A DNA stretch of 64,000 bases from Balanoglossus misakiensis (taxonomy: Eukaryota > Animalia > Hemichordata), in contig CM082579.2 of NCBI GenBank assembly GCA_040954595.2, positions 4,577,227 through 4,641,226 on the forward strand. The letters run 5' to 3'. Position 1 is the stretch's first letter. Each line of letters starts with the position of its first letter. Shown piece by piece: positions 42,417 to 61,282 of this stretch. The notes below the pieces were generated by a model. It searched no databases, was not told where the DNA came from, and worked only from the letters and a program-made list of their open reading frames with translations. The position numbers and the translations under genes were made by a program.

Positions 42417-45400
42417 ATGGTGAGTAGAACTCTCGGTCATAACCTATATGTCCAAAACTGATTTCAACAATATAATATCGTCAAATTGATTGGACGTGCT
42501 GTGTCTGTTCCCCACGCAGGGCGCCGTGAGTGTGGGGACAAATTCACCTTGGCCGATAATACGCTGAACGCTTGATGTTTTTTGCCAGCGTTTTTAATCT
42601 CGCAGTACGTCATAAAAATTAATGGACTTCCGTGTAATTGCACGTGCCCTTTTGACTTGGCAAAGTACGAGCAGATGTATTGATAAAACGCCCTGTACAT
42701 AATACGCGGCGAAATGCGCGGCGGCGGAAACAAAAGGTTGCGTTATTACCTTCAGGTGCACGTTTGCCCTACTCTGATATTGTGAGTGACGTCCTTCCGC
42801 GTTTACATAACATTAGCCTGTCAAGTTCAAACATTTCACCTCGGTCTAAGGATGTTTGCGTTTATTTATCTCTCAAAAGTCTCTGCCGAAAGTGACCGCG
42901 ACGGCGGGCGTATTGTTTTGCGCGCTTTTGGGGGCCGCGCTGAATTGAAGGGGCGTTTACGGTTGGTGCGTCACCTCTTACTTCACACGCACGCCGCACG
43001 CATTATTTAATTCAGAACAGCAGACTTCGGTGCTAGACACAGAATCCAAGGCTAATCTCAGGCTATAGAACGTTCTACAATTTCACCAAGCTCGCCAGGA
43101 TGAGTTATGACTTCGTGCGTGTGTTCGAAATTTACGGTTTAAATCGTATAGTAAACTGTGAGAATTTAACAGTTATAGATAAATGGGGAAAAGATGACGC
43201 AAGCCCGTGCTTAGTTTATTTTTTATAAATAAATAGCAATTTAGATCGCCCACCGTGTCATTAAAATTATAATGACCTCGCAATTTTGCCAAAATAAGCT
43301 GACAATTGACTTGACATTTTTTTTATTAAATTGCATCCTTGACTGCAAATATTGTCCTCTCAGGATAAAATGAAAAACAAAAACTGCGCGATGACTGTAC
43401 GGATGAAGAGAGTATGATAATTGTCATTCATGTGGCGAAACCATACAAAATGCTCCGCTATTGGAGATCGCCGTGAGATGCATTCGAAACTTTGATAACA
43501 GCCAGGCGTGTGTCGAATTTAAAACGACCTGGCGATGATCACTCACGTGGGGTTTGTCACTGTTGCCCGTTCGGGGGATACATCTTCGCTCTCTCACTGA
43601 AAGCGAGGTTCATTTACCGGACTTAAGGTCAAAAGAGAGAAAGGAATTAGCGCAAACTGAAACAAAGAAAAATTCGTACATGCCCCGTGATCAAGTTATG
43701 TTGCGTCCGGTGGTTTTTTGCTAGGACTCACTTGAATATCATGAAATCGACATTCTCGCTCATACCGTCGGAACTCATTTCCAAAAGAAAAATGAATGTG
43801 TTCGCTTCACTTCAATCCACTAATAGCTCACGAAGATATGTAAATTGCGACCCAGGCAATCGATAATTTAGGCGATATAGATAAATTATGTCCTAACGAT
43901 CTGTTTGGATAATTAAAAACGTGCGCGCGTTTATAATCCGATGGGACAAAACAAAGGGTTTCCGTGTGAATTATTTATTGAGAGAGAAATTTATGTCAGC
44001 TATCGTTTTTATTCTTTTGATTCGGCTCTGTTTGGCGTCCCTTTCTATAAGATTACTTTATGGTGTACACGCGAATATTAACACTTTCTTTTTTCTTTCA
44101 TGGCTGTGGTCTTTCACTTGATTAGTGACCCTGGCGCTTTTAATTTTTCATCACATTGGGGTTACAAATATTAATGCCCTGGCAATCAGAAAGTAATTAA
44201 AATCCACAGTTTCAAGTGACGGTAATTTATTTGACATCGGCGCTATTGTTAGATTACCCGATCGGTATAAAAATCACTTAAAACATTTAGCTCGTGCGAT
44301 TTGCATTGGACGATGTGGTCTGTGACGCGTTGCTCAGTGCGCCTTTCTGTGTTTTGCGTATGTACGTGACGACGATGGCTTTCTATTATGAAAACGCGTG
44401 TACTAGAGCGTGGACTATGAATTGGCTGTATAATATTCAAATTGATATTCCCTGTATTACACTGTATAAAGCTTAAATATTGCGGCATAAATCCTCATCG
44501 AAAATAAGAGTCTCATTTTTTTGCGGCCGACTATTTCATTCCGGAACTACCTTTGCTCTGCGCGCCATTTGATTTACATGCATCTGAAATCAAACCACTT
44601 ACAGCGCTGAACTGCTCGTTTGTTTTGCGTCTCCCGCAGGATTTTAACCAAAATTTGATTGATTGAAGGCGATTCCATTTTTTTCCAATCTCTCCCTTCC
44701 CTTTCCCTTCCACAGAGTCTTCGTTCGGAGTCATCGCGTCCCTCAAGCCTGGTCGCTGACTCCCCTCCTGAATATGATGTGGTGTTCCAGAATCAGAGAA
44801 CCACGAAAGGCGGGAAAGGTATATATGTCCTTCTGTCATATTTTTTTTCAAAATTCCCACTAAAATATGTGATTATGTTTGAATATTCAATGGTAACCGT
44901 GTACCTTTAAATGGCAATTAGACCATTCCTCTCAACAACACGAAGCAAGTGCCACCAGCACTTTTCAATCCAAAGGTTCTGTCAACTTTCAATTATTTTC
45001 TTTTTAAACCGAAATGGCGTACGCGGCATTCAAACCATTTACTTTCTTTCAGCGAGTTTCCATCGATGTCACTTCAAGGACTTAAAGGGCATTTACGTGT
45101 CTACCTTAATTTTAACTTAACAACTGTGTTCAACTGATGCAGTGTGACGAGAAAAGCGCTCTTGGCCCAGTGTCATGGCAACCGATTTTCCTTCGCTGAT
45201 CGCGCAGCTACATGTACGTCGGCCGGTTTGAGATGCATCGGTGTGTGTCGGGTACTCCCGAAGCGCATGGGAGATGAATGATGTTGCTCTAGGCCCCGTC
45301 TCCACTGTCTTCCTGTTTCATAGTTCATGTGTTCACATCACTGAAGTTATGACGTCACTGTGCGCACTGGCCGCAAAAACTCTGGAACAGTCAACCATAC

Positions 45401-48400
45401 TACTGAATTTGTTCACTCTAACCCATCTTAGATTAAATTATGTGGCTATTCGTGCCTTTTTAATTCCGCAATCTATACAGACGACGCACCTTTGTCCAAT
45501 AAAATAGCTATTACGTCTCAGTTTGGTACCATCACAGACACTGGCGGGATTATTGTATCATACGTCACTTTTCTACTTGTGACGCGGATGCACCTGCCTC
45601 GTGTGCTGAACGCGGATTGCGGAGGAAATAGCCAGAATGATGAAAAGGATACTTTTAAAGCATTCTGAGCACGTGACTTCGTAAGGTGAAGTGAGGTCAA
45701 CGACGGACACTGCATTTTTTTAAAAATCTGACTCTGTGAAAGCTCAGTGCCCGCAATGATGCCGACTTAAAACGATTACCGTTGCAATTAGAATGGTCGG
45801 ATCGAATTTCTTGGGTGTAATAGAGCTATTGACTAAAACATGACTACGATATATGTAATCGTTCCACAAAATCGACGTTTTGATGTTCCCGAACAGTAAT
45901 TTATATGCAAACAGTCCCCACCTGGCACCGTCTATATAGTTTTCCGAGGAACGCGTTTGCAATTTATTTTAACTTGCGTAAGGCAATATGGCATAATTGT
46001 GTAAATTAATTTTGCTTCCGTTGCTAATAGATTTTGGCATAATTAGTTTAAAAAAACTGTTCAGGGTAGCTTTTGAGGTTTGCTAGAGTATTTGATTACA
46101 AATGCCGAAAAGTAATCCTTTCACGGTCTTTTGAACAACAAAGCTTTCCAAGAAACGCTGAAAGCCTGATGATACTTGCAGGAATAAAATCCAATAAAAG
46201 GACCTTTCCATTGATTTATAGCTCTTTCGTTTAATGACTACATCTCAACTGTCCATGGTCACAGTGGATATATTTGAATGTACGACCTATACATGTATCT
46301 TTATAGTGTGAACGCACTTCTGAATATCGATTTATCAATATGTTCAGTTTTTTTTGCGCTCCATCTATCGAGCTCCACGTCACGTGGTTTTAACCGTGAC
46401 CATTTCTGCAGACAATCTGAAAAAAATCCGCGTCATTAGCTATACATGTAATATAAAAAGTACAACATACATGTACACCTCAGTGCCAAGGCGCGGCATT
46501 ATACGAGGCGTTGCCAAGGCAACCGAACGCTGACGCAGTTCCTCCGTCTCTTAACTGTAGTTGTAGTGCGAGGGTCACGCGCTGGGAAAAACAACAACCT
46601 CTCGGCTTTATAAGAGATGCAATCTCCATGAGCAACGCCGATGACCTTGATATCGCGCACACAATCAAGCGCGGTGAACGAGAGCTTTTCACGAAATGCA
46701 AAGCGCCAGGGAGAGATCCTCACGCGCCCGACTTTGTTTTGTATACTGATTCTAACAGCGAGAGACAGGCTGGCGATACCACGCCAGGTTCAGAGCATGC
46801 GCCGATGTAAGCTCACGAATGAAAGAAAATCGCATTCCTGGTTGTTGCATCAACTAGCCTAAAGAAATGATCATATAGCCACGTATTGTGATATAATCAG
46901 CACAAAATCATTCGTGCTATCATCTTGGCATCGCAGCCTAGTAAATGACACACACCGGGCCCGAATACACGTCAACCTTATTGTTAAAAGGATTAAAAAA
47001 TCGGTTTTGACTTGGTGTAATTATATGAAAATATAGACGCGCGTATGTGATTACGTCATGTTGGTCTAAATGGCATCGCCTATCGATGATCTTACATGTA
47101 TTTACCCGTTGCGGAGTCTTAATGTACGGCGCAAATATATCGTAAAATGTCAATATTGAATTCAACTAGGTAAAGTTTGACTCGAGGATCTTGCTTACAA
47201 TTGTAGAACCAGATCTGAACGCATATCGCCTTCAAGTTGCTAAATCGTTGGCCTTCGAGATCGCACGAATTCAAATACCCACACACGACGGTACAAGTAT
47301 ACAATTTGGTTATACGGTCAGTAGGTTGTGAGGTAAATTTTGACACCAAAGAGCAACATATCAATAGAAAGTTCTTCTTCTGAATTTTAAGAACGAAGAG
47401 TTTTATAAAAAACACAACACTCACATATTCTACTCACAAAGTGAACTGTCACGAAATCTAACTATAGCGTCCCGGCGGCGTTTTCCCAATGGAAGCAAGC
47501 AAGAAATAATAATCCGTTAAACAATTAAATATTGATAGCCTGTATTCCTGTACCCGATATGTTGGAAAATTTAATGGATATCTGTTTACAGTAACTTGGG
47601 AGTTCACCCGAGAGTATTCAGACTCGCTTTACTGAAGCGTGGAAAGGTGAAGGTCTTGCCGATAACGCTAAAAATAGAAACAGCACTAGCCACACGATTT
47701 AGAAGATTTGTAGGAATCTCTTATATGGCAAGAACATGATGAGGACATACATCGACCAAAATGACGTATTTATATTTTTTTCGAAGGAAGTTCTTATCTT
47801 GTGATCATCAAATGAACTGCGCCGTTGGACAAAAGGTCCACGTTGCGCTTGTGCATTCAGACGGGTAAGAGTCTGATTAAAGCCCCATTAGCTGCAGCCC
47901 TGTTCATTTCGAAACGTTTTTTCCCCATTTTCTCTCAGATATTCTTTGATAGGTCACCGGAGATCGATTACTCTACAAAACCACCTGAGGACGCTCTACT
48001 TATATAACCTCTAAATGTGTCGCTATGACCTTCCGATTGGTGCAGGAACGAACAGCGCAGACACAGTCGTTTCCCCCTTGTCTGAATTTGCATGGGGTGA
48101 ACAATAGCAGTATTATCAACACAGCTATCGTGTGTAAAACATTGTTACTATGGAAAAATGAATTCAAGTCCGGACTAGAAATTCATCTGTCAACAATTAA
48201 ACAATGATCACTACTTTATAACCCGACTCTCCCCTAAGTATAACCATATATGTGCTGTTGTTTTTTGTCTAATGCAGCTAAAGGAACCAGACCGCCATCC
48301 TACCAAACAGTTTTCGGGAAGCCATCAAAAAACGAAACACCGTCGCAGGATCAGGGCGATGCCACGGAGGCCGCCGAAAGCGAGCAGCTGCGACGGAACG

Positions 48401-50531
48401 ACGGCCACGACTGCGATGATATCGACGCTGACTGCAGGACGCCGCCGTCGACGCCAGCGACGCCACTTCGCACCGAGTCGCGCTGGGGAAGTTGTCCGTG
48501 CGCCAGCTCTCGCTGCGAACAGTTCTGGAAACGCACATTTAACTGCGTCATCGTATATTGTAAGTACATGTACATGTACATGTACATTTTGTATATGCAA
48601 CTGGATGCTTTACTGTAGCGACGTTACGCTCGCTCGTCCCACCTTGAAGATATCGGTGGGGTAATTGATTGATTGATTGATTATTTAGTTTGATCATCAC
48701 ATAGGGGACCAAAATTCTGTGCAATTTGAGTTTGAATTCATCTTCTTTTGTTTTTATCTTGCAGTTGGTGGAATCGGTTACTTAATTCTATTGTTGGTTC
48801 TGGCCATACCCATGGTGTGCGTTGGTAAGTCCGCCATTTTAAACTCAACAGCTCGGCCAACGGCAAATTGGATACCCAAAATGATAAACGTAGGGTATAT
48901 CTGAAAATACAATACTAACACTCCCGTCGTGACCATTTTCAGTCAACTACAATCAGTGAAACGACCAGTTTCATTACAGTGGTTATCGATTCAGTTCACG
49001 ATACATGTCTTTGTAGGCAATCAAGCAACGTGTCAGACAGTATCTAATTTCGTGGCGTATACGTGCGCTGGTCGCCTTTGCCTCTATTCACTGCACATCA
49101 TTCCGCTAGCACTAAAAGTACGGGATCACAGATCGATGTAAATTATATTTTACGACATGTACAGTGGGCTGTTTGCCGTTTGCCTTGTGTATTTTGCTAC
49201 TTCAATCATTCATTCGTTCGCTCGTCCACCCTACCTTGAGTTTCACTCGTCCATGTCCATCCACCCATCCACAAACCCATCCACGGTCCGTTCGAGCACG
49301 CCTCGCCACACTCCATGTTGCACTCCTTCACCAGACAACCTCACTACTACACAGTACATGCATATATTACTTTGCTATTCAATCACAAACACGTGCTATT
49401 TTCGGACGTTCCAACAGGTGGCATTTACATACAAGAATGCCCCGCTGAACCTCTGATCCCCGTCTACCTGGTGGTGAACGGCTCGCTGCTCTTCTCGGCA
49501 ATAATCGCCGTCTGCTGCTATGGTTTCTGCGAGGACCGCTTGGACAAGAGGCACAGGGAAATGCTGAGATCTCGCGAGACCTGGAAGAACGGGGAGGGTG
49601 GGACATCCACTTACATGCTGCCGTCGATAATCTTTATCGTCTGCTTTATTTGGTATATTCTAGGTAAGAATGATTATTTCCTTCAAGAAATGTCAAAGTT
49701 CCAGCGTATGGTAATTTCAATGCATTCATCAGTGGGTGACAGTACCTTAGGATCGAGTCGAGTCACTGTACTGTAGTTGTTTATCTGTTTTTCCCAGACT
49801 TTACAGTTTGACTGTCACCTCATCCGTCCACCAAGACTTGACATTAATTAGTCATAACGTATACACGGCATGCCCAACAGACAGTGGCGCTACACTTATT
49901 GCTTTTTAATCGAGGAGAGCAGATGTGCTCCGCAGTCGCCACTAATGAACAAACGATGGAACGATGACGCTAAAATATTAATCCCATTTTATAGCTCGGC
50001 CACGGATTTCTCTTATATATTTCCAAGGTCTAAGCACGCTGATATCTATTTCTGCGGTTTAATTGGGTTTTAATACATTTGCAGACGCCCTTCACCGGTG
50101 CTGTCTCCATGGAGACGCGTCGTACTCCGATAAAGTCCTTTCACTTTCGTATGGTTCCACACACTCTTGTGTCTGTAACGAAAGTGAACGGATTATGAGT
50201 ATACAACTATGGGCGGCGCACTTCTCTGACCGGCCCCTTACGATGTTTTCTCTTCTGTGCAGGCAATATTTGGATATACAGTGCGTCCCCACCGGATCAA
50301 GACCCAAACTCGCCGCACTACTGCCACAAGACGCTCTACTTCTTCGCGTTCTGGACACACAATGTTATTAACGTTCTGTGGGCACTGTGGCTGTGTTTCA
50401 TGAGCTGCTTCGGCGTCGTCATGTGCAGAGAGAACCGCAAGATGCACAAGCTGAAACTGAGCGTGCGCCAACGGTCACGGCAGGAGCGATTGGTCAGCGC
50501 GGAGTTGTCCGGGGTAACCACGTCAGACTGA
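42417..50531 (+). CDS. TMEM272-like four-TM protein, paralogue B, 320 aa
   Basis: Exons 42417-42419 (ATG only, followed by gtgagt), 44716-44818, 48278-48559, 48765-48824, 49418-49663 and 50263-50531 total 963 nt. Motifs: PPEY, PPSY, ECPAEPLIPVYLVVNG, WYILGNIWIYS, YCHKTLYFFAFW. Confidence 0.85.
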
Positions 50532-52693
50532 CGAGGGTGAACGATCGCAGACTGCAACGACAGTACTGAACCACTAGATTTCTTGAACTGTGTGTCTTTG
50601 CGTTGAAAGGGACGATACTAGTTGCTGCTTCATCCGGGGCAGCTGAAAAATTGCCTGGTGCTTTTTCACTGAGGGTTTCCCCGGATTTGAGCGACATTTG
50701 CTGGAAAGGGAGATGCGAAACGAAGGAATTTGATTGGTTGATGCGAAAAAAATCGGCATTGGATCAAGGAGTGAACAGTATAACAGTAAACAACTAAAAC
50801 GCTTTGATCCGTCATCGAATTCAACGAGATTGGAATCACTCTCACGGCGATCTGCCCTGTTACTACAGCTGGTCGAGTGACTTCAAAATATCTACAGTAC
50901 ATTCATCACTATTAACCAATCAGCAATCGTCTTCTTCTATTTCGCGTGCATCATTATCCAATCACAGTTCGACTTCCTTCAATACTACGCGTGAACGACT
51001 ATTAGGTTATTTCGTCGCGCCCACTTTTGACTCTACACAACGCCTTTCTGACAACAACTTCCTATATACACCCGAAGTTCTGACAATGAACGTCCCTCCA
51101 GGGTGAATACTGTATATGGTTATTTAATGAGTACTTAATGAAGAACGTCAAGTAACTACGTGTATAATTGAGCTATGCAAGTTAAACTGTCAAAGAATAT
51201 TAGTCTTGTGTCACTTTTTGTATTTATATGATCGTCGTCGAGATTATTCGCCGCCGAAGTCTTCATTTCACCTCGCGTCTCAATATTTGGTTATACAACT
51301 TAAAACGGGAGGGGGTGCCTTTTTGAACAATTTTCCCCAAAACCTTAGTTCATAAAAACAATATACATACCACTGCTTTGGAGTACCGAGTTAGAAATCA
51401 AAACAAAAGTACTTGAAAAATCCGCCGCTGTGCGGCGCGTTTCCGCTTGGATGATTATAATAATACGACCCTACATATATTTATCGCAGTGTGTGTGCTC
51501 GCATGACATGTGTGTGACGCAAAATATGCATAACTTCTATACATGAGAATGGAGATTTCGATTATAAACTTTTATCGAATTTTATCTTTGTAATTAAGAT
51601 TATCGAAGTCACCTAGAACTACTACCTCCGCACACAAACGTTATAAACAAGAAATCATTGGCGTGTAAGCCTATTTGAAAATCTCTACTATTTCATCAAG
51701 TGGGGCGGCATTATTATAGCGGTTAACATAAATTAATGGATAGAATACAAGGCGATTCGGTATCAGTAGTTCTTGTAATTTCACGATTTGACCATGAATT
51801 TAATGATTTATCTAAGCAAAACAAATTAGTAATATTTCCAAACTAACTCCAACACTGAGTTTAAACTTCCCAGTCTGGGTATCTCTGGATAGAACCAATT
51901 TTCCATTCGACTTATGAACAAGTCGTAGCTTGTAATTGGACTTGGCTAAAGCAAGGTGGATTGTCCCGTGTTAAAATGCCTTGCAGCTGTACACATAGCC
52001 ACTTGGCATTTGACATACTGGACCAGCATAAATTTTGCCAACAAAACCAACGATAGAGGCGACCATTAGTTCGATCGAACGATGGGCGAGTCACTGAAAT
52101 GAGTTGGCATTTGTCTCGTATACTCTTTTGCTAACTAGCAGTATCTGTCGCCGTGGTGATAAACATTTCCTTCGTACGTTTTTTTCAGCGTTGCTTATCA
52201 CAGGAGCTTGTGAACTTCAATGTACCGTAAAATTACACACACAGACATGAACTACTTTCATTTGAATGACGGAATTTCAGACACATATAGATAATGGATT
52301 TTTTTCTAATGTGTGCGAAAAGACACCAATAAATATCAAAAAAGCCAACCACACCGTGATCGTTTCTTAAGAGTAACCCCCCCCCCCCTCCCCCCACTGC
52401 GGTGCTGGAAGAAGAAATGAAGTCTAGGAATATTGTTCGATTCGATCATCGACAACCATGTGTTCGGGTAAGTGTACAGTGCATACTATACGCCGAAAAT
52501 CTTCACTCTGGTCTTCCACCTGTCAGCGTTTTATTCTCTTGAGATTTACGCCGAGCGTGCAACTTGAACTAATAAAATATAACTGCTCAGTGGTCCATTT
52601 TGTAATTGTATTGCGCACACCGTGACCTTCCTTTTTGATTTGTCTGCCTGGTGCATGGACAAGTGTGCGTCGTCTCGTGATTAAATTTTGGCG

Positions 52694-52919
52694 TCACCTG
52701 GACACTGACACGCAGCAGCAGAGAGTGCAGCCGACGCACAGGCTGGTGGCGTAGATCACGAATGACGCTATCGTCAGCCAGAAGGCGAAGTAGTACAACG
52801 GTTGAAAGCAATACTCCGGTGACTCGGGTTCGGTGAAGTTCGGTTCGTGGACGCCGAAAACCCACACGTACGCTACAGAAGAGAAAGGAAAAGTAAAAAA
52901 CGATGACGACGACGACGAC

Positions 52920-52995
<76 letters not shown>

Positions 52996-55782
52996 GGGAT
53001 GATGTTCCCACACTTTAGGCCTATACTTACCAGCGAATTGCCAGGTGAGCAAAAACGCCACCAGGATGATGATGACGCAAACCAAACAGTTGACCGTGTT
53101 GCTCTCAGGTGGCGCCGTCTGATCTTTACTGCTCATGCGCTGGGCCTCAGCCTGGGCCCGCTCTCTCTTGGCCAGCACTGTGTAGGTGACCGTGGCTGTG
53201 GTCGTAACGATGAGAACCGTGCCGAACGCGACTAGGTATACGGGGATGTAAGGTTCAGCTGGGCACTTGTCCAGGTTCAACGACCCTGCAGCGGAAAATT
53301 CACGGCAGTCGGTTAAGGAGATTAAATATGACACAAATAATGAGTGTGTTGAACTTTTGCAGTTTTCCCTGCCTATTAATTTGTATTCACATCAACAGTA
53401 AATGTACACCGGGTTTTGACGTGAATCAACTCCAAAATCGTTTGGACCACACATGTGCAGTATAACTTACCAACAACGACCATCACAAACGGTAAAGCGA
53501 TGACGATACACATTCCGATGAACGTTACAGCTGTAGGCGAAAAAGATGGAACTGTATTTATAAAGCAATACAATATCGGGTGGCCATCCTTTGAGATTTT
53601 TGTTTGTAAACGAGCCTATTCCAGTTTGAAATGTTTCATTCCAATGATTTGAACTGTCGACGTTGGTTTTGACTTTCTCAAAATAGATCAGAAAGTAAAA
53701 CTTGAGTTGCGTCATGAAACAGCTGATCAAGGATAACAATTGTGCCACGTCATATAGTACAGCAGAGTTTGTAGCCACGTGGTGTTATGTGTACCGTTTG
53801 TAACCTTACGCGACGCCTGTAAAATCGATCACCGTGGGTTAACGTTCCCCTCCAGGTCAGTACGAGCAGCGCAGAACATTACTCAACCATGGAATTATGA
53901 TGGTCATCGCATTTCACATTCTCTCATATTAACCGCGCAATGATATAGTACAAATATAGTAAACGCTTAGGAGCATATAATGAACACAAATACTTACCTA
54001 AAAGTGGCATGGTGCTAGTGCTACGAAGAACAATGAATTGTAGATTTTGAAAACGGAATCTCGAAAATGACGGTTAACGGAAACTGTCTCATTTTGTGGG
54101 AGTTACACCCCCGGGTAGTATAATACTCAAAACCACACACCTGCTGCGCAGAGTATTCCGCACAAACTGTCGATGAACTCCTTGGCGCTTCTCGCTTGGT
54201 GCTTTGCAGCCCGGATTCTGGCGACGAGGGAGCCATCGTAAGACGGTGGATTTGCTGAGGGGAAGAATAAGCCACGATTATTAATTGAGTTAAGTGGTCG
54301 TGGTGATCGAAACACTGTGCGACTGGCGTTGACCCTTCCTACAAGCCCCGAATAACTCTCGAATGTGCCGAGTCGAAATCATTTTGTTTTCATAAGTTCT
54401 GTGGACAAATTCGACGAAACAATTAACATGATTTCTGATGTTTGGACGTTTTCCTCTTTTACCTTGAATGTATTCATACGATGGAGGTTCATCCCCGCTG
54501 TCGATGTCAACCCCGACGTCATCTTCGTATATCTCGTCGAAAATCTGCCATGGTGAGAAGAAGATGAATAACGTGATGGTTATTCCGACTCAAAAGATTG
54601 TGTAAAATAATCGTACATCCACATCACAACCAGAAAACTTTTTTTGTTGGGCACAAGTCGGCTAAACAACGCGTCTCGGGGAAAAGCGACTTCACGCACG
54701 TGGAATCAGAAGAGCGTCAAGCCATCTCAAAATTATTTGGAGCAAATCTCTGAAAAAATGGAACCGAAATGAAGGGCACGTGCATGACTTTTATCGCTGA
54801 TAGCATCGCCGTCTCCTAAGAAGTGTACTTAAACTTGGTTTGTTGGCTCCTGTGCGTTTTCATTACGACATTTGATCCGGCATTCAAACATAAACCGCTG
54901 TAATGTTTCAACTGTAGTGGTTTCTTCAAAGAGAAGGGAGACTGAAATTGGGACCGAGCAGATGATAACAGAAGCCTATGTCTATACATTCTGAACGGAT
55001 TCCCTTCTTTCGCCAATATTGAGGCAATTTAGATGCGGAGGGCCGAGAAACCGTCGCCAAACAGGCACTTAGACTGAAAGACAAACAGTTCAGAGTCAAA
55101 TCAAGACAATCGGTCAACATTTTAAAGGTTGTCCTGAAGCTGTTCTCGGGATCGACTGCGTTCTCCTGGGGAGAAAGTAAATGAGCTGGAACTTCACTGT
55201 CTCCCAAAGAAAAAAAAAACAAGACTATAAGTTGGCGATGCGATGCGTCAAAACGGAACGTGTCGCAGCTACAACCACTGTACGGCGAAGCAAAGACGCT
55301 AATATTTTATTTTATGATATGAGAGCGAATTACCTTATACGCGTTAGAATACATACTTCGAGTTTACGATTGGTCATTTCCATAAGTTATGCATTCCTCC
55401 GCAGGACAAAATGTATGTGCAATATTTTTTTATTGATTAAAATAGTTCGCATTAAAACCTAATTGCCGCTTGTGGTCGCTTTGCGAGTGACATGTTTTGG
55501 ACGAAACGTGAGACGCGCAGGCTTTCGACTGATATCGCGTTGACGCATTGTATCTTTAACGGCCTGGACGTTGTATAAATCTTGGATTGTCGTTTTTAGG
55601 GGCCCACTGAAACAGCACGTTAACGTATAGGTGACACCTAAATAGTATCAGACCTCCTTCACAAAGCTTCTAAGATAGGTCAAGATGACAGTTAAGGGTG
55701 TCGCGCTTTGTTGAAACTCAAGGTTTTATAAATAATTGACAAAACTCACCGTGTGGGTAGAGACAACTTGTGCGGACGCCAT
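52694..55782 (-). CDS. TMEM272-like four-TM protein, paralogue C, 240 aa
   Basis: Exons 55782-55750, 54544-54463, 54254-54141, 53530-53471, 53285-53031 and 52872-52694 total 723 nt. Motifs: PPSY twice, KCPAEPYIPVYLVAFG, YVWVFG, YCFQPLYYFAFW and a Cys-rich tail. Confidence 0.87.
52902..52995. repeat. (GAC)n(GAT)n microsatellite in the last intron of paralogue C
   Basis: Directly visible. It is the source of the spurious poly-His/Met/Asp/Ser ORFs. Confidence 0.97.
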
Positions 55783-57262
55783 ATTGCCGCGAGAAATAAT
55801 CGTTGCCGAAGCCGACGTGCCAACAAATAAGCTGATCACATTTCCTTCAAACGACTTCAAACGACCCGTTCATAAGAAAAAAATGCACCGACGTCTTTTG
55901 TCCACGGAATATAAAAGTTTTCAAACACACTCACAGAAGACCCGAACAAATACGCGATACAAAGACAAGAAGAGAAGGGAACTGTGATTGTCAACAAATA
56001 CGCAAACGGTGTTGCTTCGCATCACAATGAGCCATTGTCGATTCTTTTTCTCCGCGGTATTGTCGAAAAGGGTCGCGCGGCAAAGAAGCTAAACTCGCCG
56101 ACCTGGAGACCGTCCTTATGAGCCTTCGCCCTCGAGGAGAGGTCTTTGACTGCTCACGGGGGGCCGCACTGTAGGGGCACACATGCAACTGATGTCACAC
56201 TGCCTTCGCTCGCGCGAGACGCAGAGAGACTTTTACCCATAAATCACGGCGACAGCGGTGACAGAGACTGACTTCAGTAGCGATGAGCTGTTCTTGTTGC
56301 CATCTGCCAAGCGATGGAACTCCGCGGCTGTGACGTCCCCGGACAGCTGGGTTAATAACGGCGGTAACGCGAGACGCGGGATAATTACTCTTATAGGCAG
56401 ATCTGATATAACATGAGAGATACCGAGAACGAGACTACAAACTGTGTTGGCGTGATAGCTCACTTAAACAATCGTCACGAAGTTGTCCGGCTACAAGAGG
56501 TGCAACGAGAATAAAAACGGACCATCGAAATATGGTTCTACCTTTCAGCATAGAGTGGACAACCCATAGCACGAGGGCGCTCATTGCCCTCGGGACACTA
56601 TACATATACAATCGCCGATGCAGACGACATAAACGATGTAAATCTATTCATTGGTGACCAACCAAAGCGGCCCTCACATAATTAGAACAGTATCAACAAA
56701 CAAACAAAAACAAACAAAAACAAACCAGTTTAACAACAAAGAAAAACAAACCGGTTGTAAATACCTTTCCAAAAATAACAAAATATAGCCTCTTTTCCCT
56801 TTAAACTGTGCAGGAGAAATGTTTTAAATTGGAATGAATGGAAGTAACATAACCCTGGGCGTGTCAGTGTTCGTCGAGGTTTCAAAAAAATACACCCGGA
56901 TATCGATATTGTTATTATACACCCCGTCAGAAGCACCGGGACACGTTCTAAATGCATTTTGTACGACAAATTCCAAAATTTTATCTTTCCTACTTTGACA
57001 ATTGGAATTAGAGCTTAATTGATATTTTTCGACATGTTATATCTATGCCAATCAGGAACTTAAAGACTTTTTTTAATATGGTTCTCACAACGAACTATCT
57101 AAAAAAAATATTCAAGTTGAGCCAATATGGCGGAGTTGTTTGTTTCCCACAACAAAACAAGCGAACAGTATATTTCTTAAAATGGTTCTTTCGTGAACTA
57201 AAAGCCTTAAAGAGAGTTAATGTGTTGGAGAGGTCGTCTGGAGCTCTGGAAAACGTCTGCGT

Positions 57263-60783
<3,521 letters not shown>

Positions 60784-61282
60784 GGCCGTCGTCTAAGCGT
60801 CGTCGTTCACCTGGCTTTGCTCGCACGGTCGACCGGGTTCTTGTCGCACCCTGTTTAGTGTCAGTGTATTGACAAACCTTTAGAAATCGATTGTGAGGGG
60901 CTATTCAAACTCAGCACCTAGTGTTTCGATGACGTCTGCTACTGCGCTGTGACCAACACGGCCTAGTTGATCAACGGTCACGGATGTATCAAGGGGGGCG
61001 GGGTCTTTTTCTCTTGCTTTTCGCCTTTTAAGGCGGTTTTCAAACCTACTTCTTCCCATGTCTGAGAATACAACTTCAAAACACATATTATTTGCCTCTA
61101 TCTAGGCAAACTGTACTATTCTTTTGTTGATCACGGTCACTCCACAAATTTCCGCGGTGCTTCAACGTAACAAGATAGCTCTCTCACACATTCTCTGTCC
61201 TTCTGGTCTGTACATTTTGCATCCATGCTAAATGCCACATACATGTAGTCCCCCACCTCAATATATTTGAGCGTTCCCTAAA

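Noticed and set aside
49695-49740. Hammerhead-like CTGATGA...GAAA on the minus strand
   Set aside because: Stems I and III cannot be formed.
52833-53030. Poly-His, poly-Met, poly-Asp and poly-Ser ORFs
   Set aside because: Translations of an intronic (GAT)n microsatellite. Canonical splice sites remove it.
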